From contig CAZMED010000001.1 of NCBI GenBank assembly GCA_964565045.1, positions 169-64,168 of the forward strand: a DNA stretch of 64,000 nt, written 5' to 3'. Each line of letters opens with the position of its first letter. Position 1 is the first letter of the stretch. This document shows positions 35,835 to 45,480 of this stretch, in pieces. The stretch is from an uncultured Thermoanaerobaculia bacterium. Its GTDB lineage: Bacteria > Acidobacteriota > Thermoanaerobaculia > Thermoanaerobaculales > Sulfomarinibacteraceae. Under the pieces are notes generated by a model, which had not been told where the DNA came from, searched no databases, and saw nothing but the letters and a program-made list of their open reading frames with translations. A program made the position numbers and the translations under genes.

Positions 35835-35873
35835 CCGCGACGCGCCGCCGGGGGCTGTCGGCAGGCGATTGAT

Positions 35874-35894
35874 TTTTGTATACATTTTGTATAC
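35874..35894. promoter_or_regulatory. Tandem TTTTGTATAC repeat, candidate GntR-type operator
   Basis: TTTTGTATAC at 35874-35883 and again at 35885-35894, each with a palindromic GTATAC core, in an AT-rich island 10 nt upstream of the GntR-family gene's GTG start. Confidence 0.45.
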
Positions 35895-35903
35895 GATCCT
35901 GAA

Positions 35904-36596
35904 GTGACGAACGGCGCTGCGACCGCGGTCGGGGAGAGGCAGACGGTTGCGGAGTCGGTGTACCTCGCGCTCAAGCGCGACATCACGACGCTGAGGCACC
36001 AGCCGGGGGCCGCGCTCACCGAGCAGGAGCTGGCCGCGCTCTACGGATCGAGCCGGGTGCCCGTGCGGGAGGCCTGCCGCCGCCTGCAGCAGGAGAACCT
36101 GCTCATCGGGCGCCCCTACAAGGGCTACACGGTCAGCCGGATCTCGCTCAAGGAGATCGGCGACTGCTTCGACCTTCGCGAGGCACTCGAGTGCCACGCC
36201 CTCGAGCTCGCGGCGCGGCGCGCCGGCGCCGACGACCTCGGGCGGCTCGAGCGGCTCGCCGGCACCGGGTACACCTTCCACGACTGGGAGTCCTACGCCG
36301 GCTTCCTGGAGCGTAACTTCGACTTCCACATCCAGCTCGCGAGCCTGGCGCGCAACCAGCGTCTCCTGTCGGTGCTGCGCGACCTCCTCGGCTCGATGCA
36401 GCGCTTCTTCTTTCTCGGTCTCGACCTCGGCGACTTCGCGGCCGAGATGCGGGCCGAGCACGAGGAGCTGGTGCAGCTCCTGCAGCGCGGTCGGGCACCG
36501 GAAGCGGTGAGCTGCCTGCGCGGTCAGATCCGAAGCTCCCGCGACCGCATCCTGCGGGCGCTGATCGACGATCGCATCGACATCCCGCTGGAGTGA
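35904..36596 (+). CDS. GntR-family (FadR/FCD-type) transcriptional regulator
   Basis: wHTH LTEQELAALYGSSRVPVREACRRLQQENLL and a C-terminal all-helical FCD-like domain (DLREALECHALELAA...). Confidence 0.85.
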   Translation: MTNGAATAVGERQTVAESVYLALKRDITTLRHQPGAALTEQELAALYGSSRVPVREACRRLQQENLLIGRPYKGYTVSRISLKEIGDCFDLREALECHALELAARRAGADDLGRLERLAGTGYTFHDWESYAGFLERNFDFHIQLASLARNQRLLSVLRDLLGSMQRFFFLGLDLGDFAAEMRAEHEELVQLLQRGRAPEAVSCLRGQIRSSRDRILRALIDDRIDIPLE

Positions 36597-36604
36597 GGTC
36601 CGCG

Positions 36605-37798
36605 ATGACTGATTTCGTCTATCTCGACAACGCCGCCACGACCTTTCCGAAGCCCCCCGAGGTCGTTCAATCGATGTGCGACTTCTACCTGACGAAAGGG
36701 GTCAACCCCGGCCGCACCGGGTTCGACCTCGCGCTCGAGGCGGAAGAGACCCTGGCGACGGCGCGACAGACCCTGGCCGGGTTCTTCGGCGGCTCGAACC
36801 GCGACCGGCTGGTCTTCTCCTACAACGTCACCGACGCGCTCAACCTGCTGATCTCGAGCGTGCTGTCCCCCGGCGACCACGCCATCACCACCTGCCTCGA
36901 GCACAACTCGGTGCTCCGGCCCATGTACCGTCAGGCCGGGCTCGGGGTGGAGGTCGAGTTCGTGCCCTTCGACGATGCAGGGTACGTCGACCCGGACGAC
37001 ATCGCCCGCCGGATCCGCCCCTCGACCAGGCTCGTCGTCGTCAACCACGGCTCGAATGTGATCGGCACCATCCAACCGGTCGCCGAGATCGGCCGCCTCT
37101 GCCGCGAGCGCGGGGTCCTGTTCGCCATCGATGCCGCACAGACCGCCGGCCTGGTACCCATCGACGTCGTCGCCATGTCGGTCGATGTGGTGTGTTTCAC
37201 CGGCCATAAATCCCTCTTCGGCCCCTCCGGTTCCGGCGGGATGTACATCGGCGACGACGTCGAGATCACCCCCTGCCGGGCGGGCGGCACCGGGGTGATG
37301 AGCGCCTTGAAGAGCCAGCCGGACGCCTACCCCTGGCGCATGGAGTTCGGGACGGTGAACCTCATGGGGGCGGCAGGGCTGCTCGCGGCGCAGCGGTGGA
37401 TCGCGGAGCGAGGCGGCGTCGGGTCCATCTACGAGCACGAGATGCGGCACGCGCGGCGCCTGCGCGACGGCCTCGCCGCGATCGACGGCGTGCGCCTCTA
37501 CTGCGCCGATCTGGAGCGTGACCACCTGCCGGTCTTCGTGTTCAACATCGAGGGCCTGCCCGCGGACCAGACCGGCGCCTTCCTCGACGTCGAGCACGAC
37601 GTCATCACCCGTACCGGTCTCCACTGTGCCCCCCGCGTCCACGAAGGCATCGGCACGGCCGAGATCGACGGCGCGGTGCGCTTTTCACCGGGGGTCTTCA
37701 CCACGGATGCCGAGATCGAGCGCGCCATCGATGCGGTGGCGGACATCGCCGCCTACGGCCGCACACGCAACGGCGCAGCGGTCTCAGTCACCTCGTGA
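36605..37798 (+). CDS. Class-V aminotransferase-fold PLP enzyme, cysteine desulfurase-like
   Basis: VYLDNAATTFPKP..., FAIDAAQTAG, the PLP-lysine motif FTGHKSLFGPSGSGG, and TGLHCAP. Confidence 0.8.
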   Translation: MTDFVYLDNAATTFPKPPEVVQSMCDFYLTKGVNPGRTGFDLALEAEETLATARQTLAGFFGGSNRDRLVFSYNVTDALNLLISSVLSPGDHAITTCLEHNSVLRPMYRQAGLGVEVEFVPFDDAGYVDPDDIARRIRPSTRLVVVNHGSNVIGTIQPVAEIGRLCRERGVLFAIDAAQTAGLVPIDVVAMSVDVVCFTGHKSLFGPSGSGGMYIGDDVEITPCRAGGTGVMSALKSQPDAYPWRMEFGTVNLMGAAGLLAAQRWIAERGGVGSIYEHEMRHARRLRDGLAAIDGVRLYCADLERDHLPVFVFNIEGLPADQTGAFLDVEHDVITRTGLHCAPRVHEGIGTAEIDGAVRFSPGVFTTDAEIERAIDAVADIAAYGRTRNGAAVSVTS

Positions 37799-37804
37799 AC
37801 GCCG

Positions 37805-38098
37805 TCACGCGCCCCCGCCGGCCTGCCACTCGTCGGGCGTCAGCGTCCGCATGCTGAGGGCGTGGATCTCTGTGCGCATGAGCTCGCCGAGGGCCTCGTA
37901 GACCAGGCGTTGGCGGGCGAGGCGGCCGAGGCCCTCGAACCTCGCGGCGACTACCAGCAGCTCGAAGTGGCCGCCGCCCTGCCCGGCGCCGGCGTGCCCG
38001 GCATGGCGCGCGCTGTGATCGACGATCGCGACGCGCGTCGCCTCGAGCTCACGCTCGAGCGCGTCCTCGATGGCGCGGACCCGCGTTTCGGATGGCAT
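37805..38098 (-). CDS. bolA: BolA-family protein
   Basis: 97 aa; HAGHAGAG..GGHFELLVVAARFEGL....RQRLVYEAL....IHALSMRTLTPDEW. Confidence 0.85.
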   Translation of the reverse strand: MPSETRVRAIEDALERELEATRVAIVDHSARHAGHAGAGQGGGHFELLVVAARFEGLGRLARQRLVYEALGELMRTEIHALSMRTLTPDEWQAGGGA

Positions 38099-38227
38099 GG
38101 CGGCTGTTCCTCCACGGCGCGACTTCGCAGAATCGGCGGTCTCTGCGGGATGGGTGCTCCGCCGGCGCGCATCGTTCGCGCCGTGGCCTCCCGATTCATC
38201 GTGCGCGGCCGCTCGGCTGACGGGCCC

Positions 38228-38428
38228 TCAGCTGTCGCTGTTCTTCGGCGCCGAGGCGTCCTCACTCCCGGCATCGCCCTCCTTGCCCCCCGAGCGCACC
38301 GAGTCCTTGAAGTTGCGGATGCCTTCGCCGAGACCCTTGCCGAGCTTGGGCAACTTGTTGACGCCGAAGATCAGGACCACGATTGCGAGCAGGATCAGCA
38401 GCTCGGGGAGACCGAGACTTCCGAACAT
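38228..38428 (-). CDS. tatA: Twin-arginine translocase subunit TatA/E
   Basis: [41 protein letters not shown]. Confidence 0.92.
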   Translation of the reverse strand: MFGSLGLPELLILLAIVVLIFGVNKLPKLGKGLGEGIRNFKDSVRSGGKEGDAGSEDASAPKNSDS

Positions 38429-38488
38429 GCGAACCTCCCAGACCCGCGCGGCGCCGGCAGGCCTCGTCCGAGCTTTCAGGCCGCGCGG

Positions 38489-39415
38489 TCACAAGTCTAG
38501 CAGAAGGTCGACCAACCCGGGGGGCGCGGCGGCCGATTGGAGCTTTCCTGGCAGCTGCGCCGCGAGCTGTTCGAGCCAGCGACCGTAGCCTGCGCGCCCG
38601 CCCGCCTCGAGCGCTGCGAAGGTGCCGAGGACCTTGAGGGCGCGCTGCAGGGCCACCAGGCGCATCCGCTGCCGCCAGTCGCCGGCGGCGCCGGTGGCCC
38701 AAGCCCACCGCTCTTCCAGTCTGAGTCGCACCTCCCGGCCGAGAAGGTCGGGCATGGCGCGCTCGTTGAGCAGGGACGCGACATCGTAGGTGTCCGGTCC
38801 CACCAGCACGTCCTGGGTGTCGATCAGGGCGATCTCGCCGCCTCCGAGCAGGAAGAGATTGTTGAGGTGGTAGTCGCGATGGCAGATGCGCTGCGGGTGG
38901 CCGGCGATCTCCTCCGCCAGGCCGTCCAGCCAGCGTCCGATCTCCGGGCCGGGCCGTCGGCCGCAGCGATGGCGAACGAACCACAGCTCGAAGCCGGTCA
39001 GCTCCCAGCGCAGCCGGTCCGCGTCCAGCGGGGGGTTCCAGCGCGGCAGTCGCGGCGGCGGAATCCGAGCCAGGGCCGCCAGGGGCTCGAGAGACCGCGC
39101 CGCGAGGGCCTCCCGGTCCTCGGCGTCCGCCTGCTCGAGCGCCGCTTCGGCATCGGTCTCCCCCAGGTCCTCGAGCACGGCCCAGCCGCCGCGACGGTCG
39201 CAGGCGATCAGCGCCGGCACCCGGAGGCCGTGGCCTTCAAACCAGGACCGCACCTCGAGGTCCCGCCCGAGCCGACCGCGGACCGGCTGCGGGTAGCGGA
39301 CCAGGATCGCGGTCCGCCCCGTAGCGTCCCAGACGCGTGCGTAGCACCGACTCGAGGCGTCGCCCGCCAGGGGCGCGCAGCGCAGCCAGGGCCGCGGGAG
39401 GGGGTCGCCAACCAC
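38489..39415 (-). CDS. Aminoglycoside-phosphotransferase-fold kinase (AmgK-like sugar kinase family)
   Basis: PLAGDASSRCYARV (N-lobe) and the catalytic loop CHRDYHLNNLFL...ALIDTQD. Confidence 0.65.
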   Translation of the reverse strand: MVGDPLPRPWLRCAPLAGDASSRCYARVWDATGRTAILVRYPQPVRGRLGRDLEVRSWFEGHGLRVPALIACDRRGGWAVLEDLGETDAEAALEQADAEDREALAARSLEPLAALARIPPPRLPRWNPPLDADRLRWELTGFELWFVRHRCGRRPGPEIGRWLDGLAEEIAGHPQRICHRDYHLNNLFLLGGGEIALIDTQDVLVGPDTYDVASLLNERAMPDLLGREVRLRLEERWAWATGAAGDWRQRMRLVALQRALKVLGTFAALEAGGRAGYGRWLEQLAAQLPGKLQSAAAPPGLVDLLLDL

Positions 39416-39506
39416 CCGCTGACGCTAGCAAAAGCGTCCACCCGCCGCAATGCGGTACGATGGGAAGAGGAGGGCCGGCCGGTCGGTTGTGGGAGGCGGA
39501 GGGTCG

Positions 39507-39869
39507 ATGGAAGAGTCCAGAACACGCAAGCTCCACCAGCTGCTGCGGCGCCTCGGCCAGGCGGTCCACGGGTCGGTCGTGCGCTCCGACGAGGTGCGTG
39601 GTTGTCTCGAAGAGCTGCACGAGGGCGGGTGGCGGGCCGTCATGCTGGTGGAGACCTCGGTTGCCTGCGACGAGAAGGGAGTGATCGGCGCCGACAAAGG
39701 GACGCTGCGCCTCCACGTCGACGGTGAGCGCGCGGCCCCGGCCTACCGCATGGACGTTGACGACGCCAGGATCCTGAGCTCTCTCGGCATCGCCCCGGGC
39801 CGTCACCGCGCCAACGGGACGCCGGTCTACCGCGAGCGCGCCGAGCGCGATCCCGAAGGCGACGCCTGA
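39507..39869 (+). CDS. Hypothetical protein (120 aa)
   Basis: GGGAGGCGGAGGG upstream of ATG 39507 and good GC3 bias. No family recognised. Confidence 0.45.
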   Translation: MEESRTRKLHQLLRRLGQAVHGSVVRSDEVRGCLEELHEGGWRAVMLVETSVACDEKGVIGADKGTLRLHVDGERAAPAYRMDVDDARILSSLGIAPGRHRANGTPVYRERAERDPEGDA

Positions 39870-39889
39870 GGTTCGGCCGCCGGGCCGCC

Positions 39890-40948
39890 ATGGAGGCACC
39901 CATCAATCTCGTCGGCCGGACCTCGGCCGAGATCACGGAGCTGGTCAGCCCCCACGTGGACCGCCCGTTCCGCGGCCGCCAGGTCGCGCACTGGGTGGTG
40001 GAGCGCAACGCCGTCGACTTCGACGACATGACCGAGCTTCCGGTCCCGTTGCGCGCCGCACTCGGCTCCCTGTTCACCATCGCCGAGCCGCAGCCGGAGC
40101 AGGTGGTGCCGAGCAGCGACGGGTCCCTCAAGTACCTGCTGCGCCTCGCCGACGGGACCGCCGTCGAGTGCGTCGCCATGCGCGAGGGAGCGAAGGCGAC
40201 CTTCTGCCTGTCGTCGCAGGCGGGCTGCGCGGTGGGCTGCACCTTCTGCGTCACCGGGGCGCTCGGCGCGGGCCGCAATCTGGAGGCGCACGAGATCGTC
40301 GGCCAATACCGGTTCATGCTGCGCGAGGTCGAAGCCGACGTCGAACGCGTCAACCTGGTCTTCATGGGCATGGGCGAGCCGCTTCTCAACACCGGGCATC
40401 TCGGGCGCGCGCTGGCGGTGCTCTTCGAGCGCGTGAGCCCGAAGCGGATCACGGTCTCCACCGCCGGCATCCTGCCCGGCATCCGCTGGCTCGCGGCCCT
40501 CGAGCGCCGACCGAAGCTGGCCTTGTCCCTCAACGCGCCGGACCAGGAGAGGCGCCAGCAGATCATGCCGATCGCACGCCGCTACCCGCTCGAGGAGCTG
40601 ATTGACGCTCTGCGCGCCTTTCCGCTCGAGAGGGGGCGCCGGATCACCTTCGAGTACGTCCTGATCCGCGACTTCAACGACGCGATCGCCGACGCCGTCG
40701 CGGTCGCTCGGCTCATCCGCGGCATCCCGGCCAAGCTCAACGTCATTCCCCTGAACGAGGACGCGGTCCATTTTCCGCACCTCAAGCGGCCCGACACGGA
40801 GGTCGTGGAACGCTTCGCGCTGGCCCTCCGCGACGCCGGTCTCACCGTCACCGTCCGCTGGTCTCGCGGCGCCGATGTGGCCGCCGCCTGCGGTCAACTG
40901 CGGGGCCGAGCTCCCGCGTCGGGCGGCGGCACTCAAACGGTGCGGTAG
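39890..40948 (+). CDS. rlmN: 23S rRNA/tRNA (adenine-C2)-methyltransferase RlmN (radical SAM)
   Basis: Radical-SAM CAVGCTFC, NLVFMGMGEPLLN, ALSLNAP, and GADVAAACGQL. Confidence 0.92.
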   Translation: MEAPINLVGRTSAEITELVSPHVDRPFRGRQVAHWVVERNAVDFDDMTELPVPLRAALGSLFTIAEPQPEQVVPSSDGSLKYLLRLADGTAVECVAMREGAKATFCLSSQAGCAVGCTFCVTGALGAGRNLEAHEIVGQYRFMLREVEADVERVNLVFMGMGEPLLNTGHLGRALAVLFERVSPKRITVSTAGILPGIRWLAALERRPKLALSLNAPDQERRQQIMPIARRYPLEELIDALRAFPLERGRRITFEYVLIRDFNDAIADAVAVARLIRGIPAKLNVIPLNEDAVHFPHLKRPDTEVVERFALALRDAGLTVTVRWSRGADVAAACGQLRGRAPASGGGTQTVR

Positions 40949-41598
40949 ACGAGTGACCACTGGCGCCCGGCGGCGGTGCCGTCGCGCCTGAAGGAGGCCA
41001 GCCCGGGGGTCGACGCGGTGCATGGGCCGACGGTTTCGACGCGCTCGCGGCAGAGCCCGAGGGCCCCGAGCCGCGCCGCGAGAAAGCTCCTCAGGTCGAC
41101 ATGGTTGCCGTCCCGCCAGCTGGCCTCCGCGATGCCGAAGCCGCCGAGGGCCTCGATGACCTCGGCGCCGACCGGGTAGGCGGGGCCCGAGATCGCGGGC
41201 CCCAGCGCGGCGTGCAGTCCATCCGGGGCGACGCCGTACTCGGTACGGAAGCGGTCCACCACCGCGCCCACGATGTCGGCGGCCGCTCCCCGCCAGCCCG
41301 CGTGCACGGCGGCGACCACGCCGCCGCCCGACATCAGCACCGGCACACAGTCGGCGGTCCAGACCAGCAGTCCGAGCCCGGTTTCGGCCGTGATCAGGGC
41401 GTCGCACCGGCCCACGCACGCCGCTCCCACCAAGGGGCGGGCGGGCTCGGAAGCCAGCGACGCCACCACGCGGCCGTGAACCTGCCGACCCCAGCGCAGG
41501 GCGCGCAGGCCGGGCCGCAGCGCCTCCAGCAGGTCCTGCGCCCGCGCCTCGGCCGGCCTGCCCGTCCCTGCCGGTCCGAGGCCGAAGCGTAGGCGCAC
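40933..41598 (-). CDS. pgeF: Peptidoglycan editing factor PgeF (YfiH/laccase-domain protein)
   Basis: VWTADCVPVLM...AAVHAGWRG. Its 3' end overlaps the rlmN 3' end by 16 nt (convergent). The start is approximate. Confidence 0.8.
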   Translation of the reverse strand: MRLRFGLGPAGTGRPAEARAQDLLEALRPGLRALRWGRQVHGRVVASLASEPARPLVGAACVGRCDALITAETGLGLLVWTADCVPVLMSGGGVVAAVHAGWRGAAADIVGAVVDRFRTEYGVAPDGLHAALGPAISGPAYPVGAEVIEALGGFGIAEASWRDGNHVDLRSFLAARLGALGLCRERVETVGPCTASTPGLASFRRDGTAAGRQWSLVYRTV

Positions 41599-41780
41599 GT
41601 CGTCCGAGGCCCGGCTGAGGGCGGGTTCGGATGCGAGATCGAGCGCCGACCAGGAGTCGATGGCTTATCCTCCGGTTACCGGCGCCAATGATACAATCCG
41701 GAACCCGGAGGTGTCGTGACGCTTTCTGCCTCGGCGGCCGACCGTGCGGCCCGCGCGCCGACAGTTCCGGCCGTCAACCC

Positions 41781-42449
41781 GTGATCCGGCTCCGCGGCGT
41801 CTCGAAGGAGTACGAGCAGCGTACCATCCTGCGCGGGCTGGATCTCCAGGTGGAGGCCGGCGAGTTTCTCTTTCTCACGGGACCCTCCGGCGCCGGCAAG
41901 ACGACGCTTCTGAGGCTGTTGTACGCCGCCGAGAGCCCGACCGAGGGCGAGGTCTGGGTGGCGGGCCGACGGGTCGACCAGCTGCACCGCCGCCGGCTGC
42001 CGCTGCTGCGGCGCAAGATCGGGGTCATTTTCCAGGACTTCAAGCTTCTGCGCCGCAAGACGGTGCTCGAGAACGTCACTTTCGTGCTCCGCCTGCACGG
42101 CGTGCCGCCGCGCGAGGCCCTGAGGAGGGCGACCCAGGTCCTCAAGCGGCTCGGCCTCCAGCACCGACAGAGCGCCTTGCCCGACGCCCTGTCGGGGGGC
42201 GAGCAGCAGCGGGTCGCCATCGCCCGCGCGCTCGCCTACCAGCCGCGGCTGATCCTCGCCGACGAGCCGACCGGAAATCTCGACGCCGATCTCGCATCCG
42301 AGCTGCTCAGCCTGTTGTGCGACATCAACTACCAGGGCGCCACGGTCCTGGTCGCGACCCATGACCACGCCATCCTGGAGTCGATTCCGGCACGGACGCT
42401 GATGCTCCACCAGGGACAGATCCACTACGACGGGATGTGGCCGCCGTGA
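41781..42449 (+). CDS. ftsE: Cell-division ABC ATPase FtsE
   Basis: GTG start giving VIRLRGVSKEY, Walker A GPSGAGKTT, signature LSGGEQQRV, and Walker B LILADEPTGNLD. Confidence 0.9.
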   Translation: MIRLRGVSKEYEQRTILRGLDLQVEAGEFLFLTGPSGAGKTTLLRLLYAAESPTEGEVWVAGRRVDQLHRRRLPLLRRKIGVIFQDFKLLRRKTVLENVTFVLRLHGVPPREALRRATQVLKRLGLQHRQSALPDALSGGEQQRVAIARALAYQPRLILADEPTGNLDADLASELLSLLCDINYQGATVLVATHDHAILESIPARTLMLHQGQIHYDGMWPP

Positions 42450-43300
42450 TCCGGCACGCCCTCGCAGAAGGGTGGCTTCTGCTGCGGCAACGCGCCGCCA
42501 CGAGCCTCGTGCTCGCGCTCGCCCTGGCGGTGCCGATCGCCCTTGCCGGGGTCGGCCTCACGGTCAACCTCTGGTTGGGTCCGGTGGCCGCACTCTCGCC
42601 CGAGATCTCGAGGGTTGCGGTGCTCCTGCATCCGAGCCTCGACGACGAGCAGCGCCGGCAGTGGATCGCCACCGAGGCCTCAGCGCACCCCGATTGGGTG
42701 CTGCTCGAGGTGTCGGCGGGCGAGCTCGCGGATCGCCTCGGCCGCTGGTTCCCCTATCTCGGCGAGCTGCTGGCGTCGGGCGACGCATCGATGCCGCCCT
42801 TAATCGAGATCGAGACCGCCGAACCCGAGACGGTCGGAGTGCTGGAGGGTCGCCCGGAGGTGCTGGCCGTCGGGCCCCGCTCCTCCCTTCCGGTGCTGTT
42901 CGGCCGCGTCGCCCGCGGCCTCGCATGGGGCGTCGGCGCCGTGAGCGCCGTCCTGCTCGCATCGGCGCTGCTGCTGGCGGCGGTGTGGGTTCACCTCGAG
43001 CTCTTCCGTCATGCCGACGAGCTCACGATCATGCGCCTGGTGGGCGCCACCGAGGGCACGGTGCGTGGGCCCTTTCTGGTCGCGGTGGCGGTCCCGGCAG
43101 CGGTCGCCGGCGGACTCTCGGTGGCGGTCTCGTCGGCGATCGTGGCAGGTCTCGGGGGCCTGGTCGCGACCCTCGGTCTGCCGCCCCTCACGATGCCGCC
43201 GGCGGTGCTGCTGCTGCAGGCCACCGCCGCAGTCATTCTCCCGGTCGCCGCGGCGCTCGTCACCCTCGCGCGCCACACCGCCGATCAGATCGACGGCTGA
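42437..43300 (+). CDS. ftsX: Cell-division permease-like protein FtsX
   Basis: Overlaps the ftsE stop. Four TM segments with a periplasmic loop; typical FtsX length and position. Confidence 0.8.
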   Translation: MAAVIRHALAEGWLLLRQRAATSLVLALALAVPIALAGVGLTVNLWLGPVAALSPEISRVAVLLHPSLDDEQRRQWIATEASAHPDWVLLEVSAGELADRLGRWFPYLGELLASGDASMPPLIEIETAEPETVGVLEGRPEVLAVGPRSSLPVLFGRVARGLAWGVGAVSAVLLASALLLAAVWVHLELFRHADELTIMRLVGATEGTVRGPFLVAVAVPAAVAGGLSVAVSSAIVAGLGGLVATLGLPPLTMPPAVLLLQATAAVILPVAAALVTLARHTADQIDG

Positions 43301-43317
43301 CCCTCGAACTCCGGGAT

Positions 43318-43343
43318 GAAAAAACGCGGCCCGGAGGCCGCGT
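43318..43343 (-). terminator. Rho-independent terminator downstream of the TPR gene (minus strand)
   Basis: An 8-bp stem ACGCGGCC (43324-43331) / GGCCGCGT (43336-43343) with loop CGGA. The A-run 43318-43324 becomes the T-tract on the minus strand. Confidence 0.65.
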
Positions 43344-43365
43344 CGTCGTCGGCTCCCGGCCGGGC

Positions 43366-44598
43366 TCAACGGCAACGGTCGGCGTAGTCCTTCTCGAGGG
43401 TCGGCAGCTGCTCCTGGAGGAGCTTCGCGTTCTCCATGTCGCCGAGCTTCTGGAGCTCCGCAACCTGCATTTTCAGAGCGTCGATCTTGCGCTTGAACTC
43501 GGCGCACTCCTGTTCGGCGGCTCGGTTCTGCGCCGCCGCGCCCTGCTTCTCCCGCATCTCGGCCACCTTGCGATCGTTGCCGGCGTTCTGGTACCACTGG
43601 ATGGCCTGATCGTAGTTCTTCATCTTGTCGTAGACATAGCCGCCCTGGTTGTAGATCTGGGTGCGGACCTTGCCCGTCGGGCCGACCTTGAGTGCCTGCT
43701 GGAGGTCCGTCACGGCGGCGCTGAGCTGGTCGGTCGACGTCTTGCACTGCGCCAGGTAGAGGTAGACCAGGGCGTTGTTCGGCTGCTGCGCCTTGGCCTT
43801 CTCGAACCAGCTCTGCGCCTTGCGATAGTCCCCGGCGCCGAGCCAGGCCTCGCCGGCGAGCAGGTTGTGGTCGAAGGAGGGGTGGCTGGCAGCCAGACGC
43901 TCGGCCACCTGCGCGGCGCCGCTGTAGTACCGCGCCTTCTCGGCGTCCGTGGTGGCGCGGCGGGCGGCGAGAATGCCGGCGCGGACGGCGTTGCTGCCGC
44001 TCGACGAGTCCTTCGGATCGATCTCGAACGCGGCCTTGAACGCGTTGAACGCCCGACCGTCATCACCCTTGGCGTTGTAGGCCGCACCGAGTGCCTGCTG
44101 CAGCCGCGCGTTCTTGGCGTCGGCCTTGACCTGGGTCGAGACGACGCTGATGGCCTCGTCCTCCCGGTTGGTCCTGGTCGCGGCCTGCGCGAAGAGGAGG
44201 GCGTAGCTCGAACGCAGCGAAGCTTCCATGGCGCTCATGTTGAGCGGCTTGAGGAGCTCGTAGGCATTCTGGTACTGATCGGCCTGGAGCAGCGCCTGGG
44301 CGAGCGCGATCTTGTACGACGGCTGGCTTCCGTCGAGCTCGACCGCCTTGCGCAGGCTGGCGATGGCCGGGCTCACCTGGCCGAGAGCCCGCTGGGAGAC
44401 CCCGAGCATGTAGAACCCGCCCGCGTAATCCGGGTTGGTCTTGGTGACCTCCTCGAACTCCTTGACCGCGGTGCTCCAGTCCCTCGCTTTGTAGGCCTCG
44501 AGGCCCTTGTTCCACTCAGCGTCGGCAGGCGCGGCCGCGGCCAGCAGCAACGCGATCGCCGCCGCTGCGACCCTCGCACGGGCGGTTTTCGATGTCAT
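43366..44598 (-). CDS. Periplasmic TPR-repeat protein (last gene of the ExbBD-TonB operon)
   Basis: Signal peptide MTSKTARARVAAAAIALLLAAAAPADA and many TPR units (W..G..Y...DY..A...F..A). C-terminal coiled-coil flanked by two Cys. GGAGG RBS present. Confidence 0.8.
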   Translation of the reverse strand: MTSKTARARVAAAAIALLLAAAAPADAEWNKGLEAYKARDWSTAVKEFEEVTKTNPDYAGGFYMLGVSQRALGQVSPAIASLRKAVELDGSQPSYKIALAQALLQADQYQNAYELLKPLNMSAMEASLRSSYALLFAQAATRTNREDEAISVVSTQVKADAKNARLQQALGAAYNAKGDDGRAFNAFKAAFEIDPKDSSSGSNAVRAGILAARRATTDAEKARYYSGAAQVAERLAASHPSFDHNLLAGEAWLGAGDYRKAQSWFEKAKAQQPNNALVYLYLAQCKTSTDQLSAAVTDLQQALKVGPTGKVRTQIYNQGGYVYDKMKNYDQAIQWYQNAGNDRKVAEMREKQGAAAQNRAAEQECAEFKRKIDALKMQVAELQKLGDMENAKLLQEQLPTLEKDYADRCR

Positions 44599-44618
44599 GA
44601 TCCGGTGCCTCCAAGTTT

Positions 44619-45470
44619 TCAACGGGATTCTCCCAGATTTTGTTGCAGCTCGCCCAGCAAGGGCCGCACCTGCTCGTCGAACATCGCGGCCGTGTCGGCG
44701 CCCTTGAGCAGCGAGATGGCCTTGGTGTTCTGTTCGACCATCTCCCGCAGCGCGTGAAAACCCTCGCCGCGTTCGATCAGGGTGCGCGCTGCACCGTACT
44801 GTTTGTCGATCGTCCGCTGGCCCCCGGTACCGACGACGTCGAGCGCCACCGCGCGGATCTTCTCGGCCAGCCCGAGCAGGGTAACAGGGCTCGCCCCCGC
44901 CTGCCAGCGCTGGCCCCGTTCTCCGGCCTCGCTCGCGCTGCCGAGCGCCACCAGGCCGGTGGTGATCAGCCCGAACAGGAGCTTCGAAACGTCGAACGGC
45001 GCCCACTTCAGCGCCCCCGCGATCTCCTCGATGGAGTGCTGGCCGTCGATCCGGGTGACCAGGATCCACTCCTGGGGGCTGAGGGTGACCTGGTCGGCGC
45101 CGCGGTCCCGTGGCGTGAAGTACGGCACGAGGTCGAGCGACGGGATCTTGCGCCGCAGCACCCGCCACTCGTCCAACCGGCGCGCCGCCTCCATCATCAG
45201 CGAGGCGTTCGACACGTGGATGGTGACCTGCTCGCACTCTTCGCCGGGCAGGAACTCGAAGGTTCCGTCCGCCCACATCGCCATCTCGAACACCGCGTTG
45301 TCGCCGCGGAGATTGCCGACGGCGGCGTCCACGATCTGTCCGTCGCGCAGGACGATGCGCCCGGCCTGCTCGTCGCGCTGGATGTTGAACGCGCCCGTCT
45401 TGCCGGAAACGCTCACCAGTTGGATGACGTCCGACAGCGGCAGCTCGCTCAACGACCCTTGCAGCGACAT
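44619..45470 (-). CDS. PATAN/DUF4388 domain protein (second copy in the window)
   Basis: MSLQGSLSELPLSDVIQLVSVSGKTGAFNIQ... (DUF4388 signature), followed by a SPQEWILVTRIDGQHSIEEIA wHTH-like segment. It lies 10 nt downstream of the tonB stop and 20 nt upstream of the TPR gene. Confidence 0.7.
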   Translation of the reverse strand: MSLQGSLSELPLSDVIQLVSVSGKTGAFNIQRDEQAGRIVLRDGQIVDAAVGNLRGDNAVFEMAMWADGTFEFLPGEECEQVTIHVSNASLMMEAARRLDEWRVLRRKIPSLDLVPYFTPRDRGADQVTLSPQEWILVTRIDGQHSIEEIAGALKWAPFDVSKLLFGLITTGLVALGSASEAGERGQRWQAGASPVTLLGLAEKIRAVALDVVGTGGQRTIDKQYGAARTLIERGEGFHALREMVEQNTKAISLLKGADTAAMFDEQVRPLLGELQQNLGESR

Positions 45471-45480
45471 TGTGGAGAGT

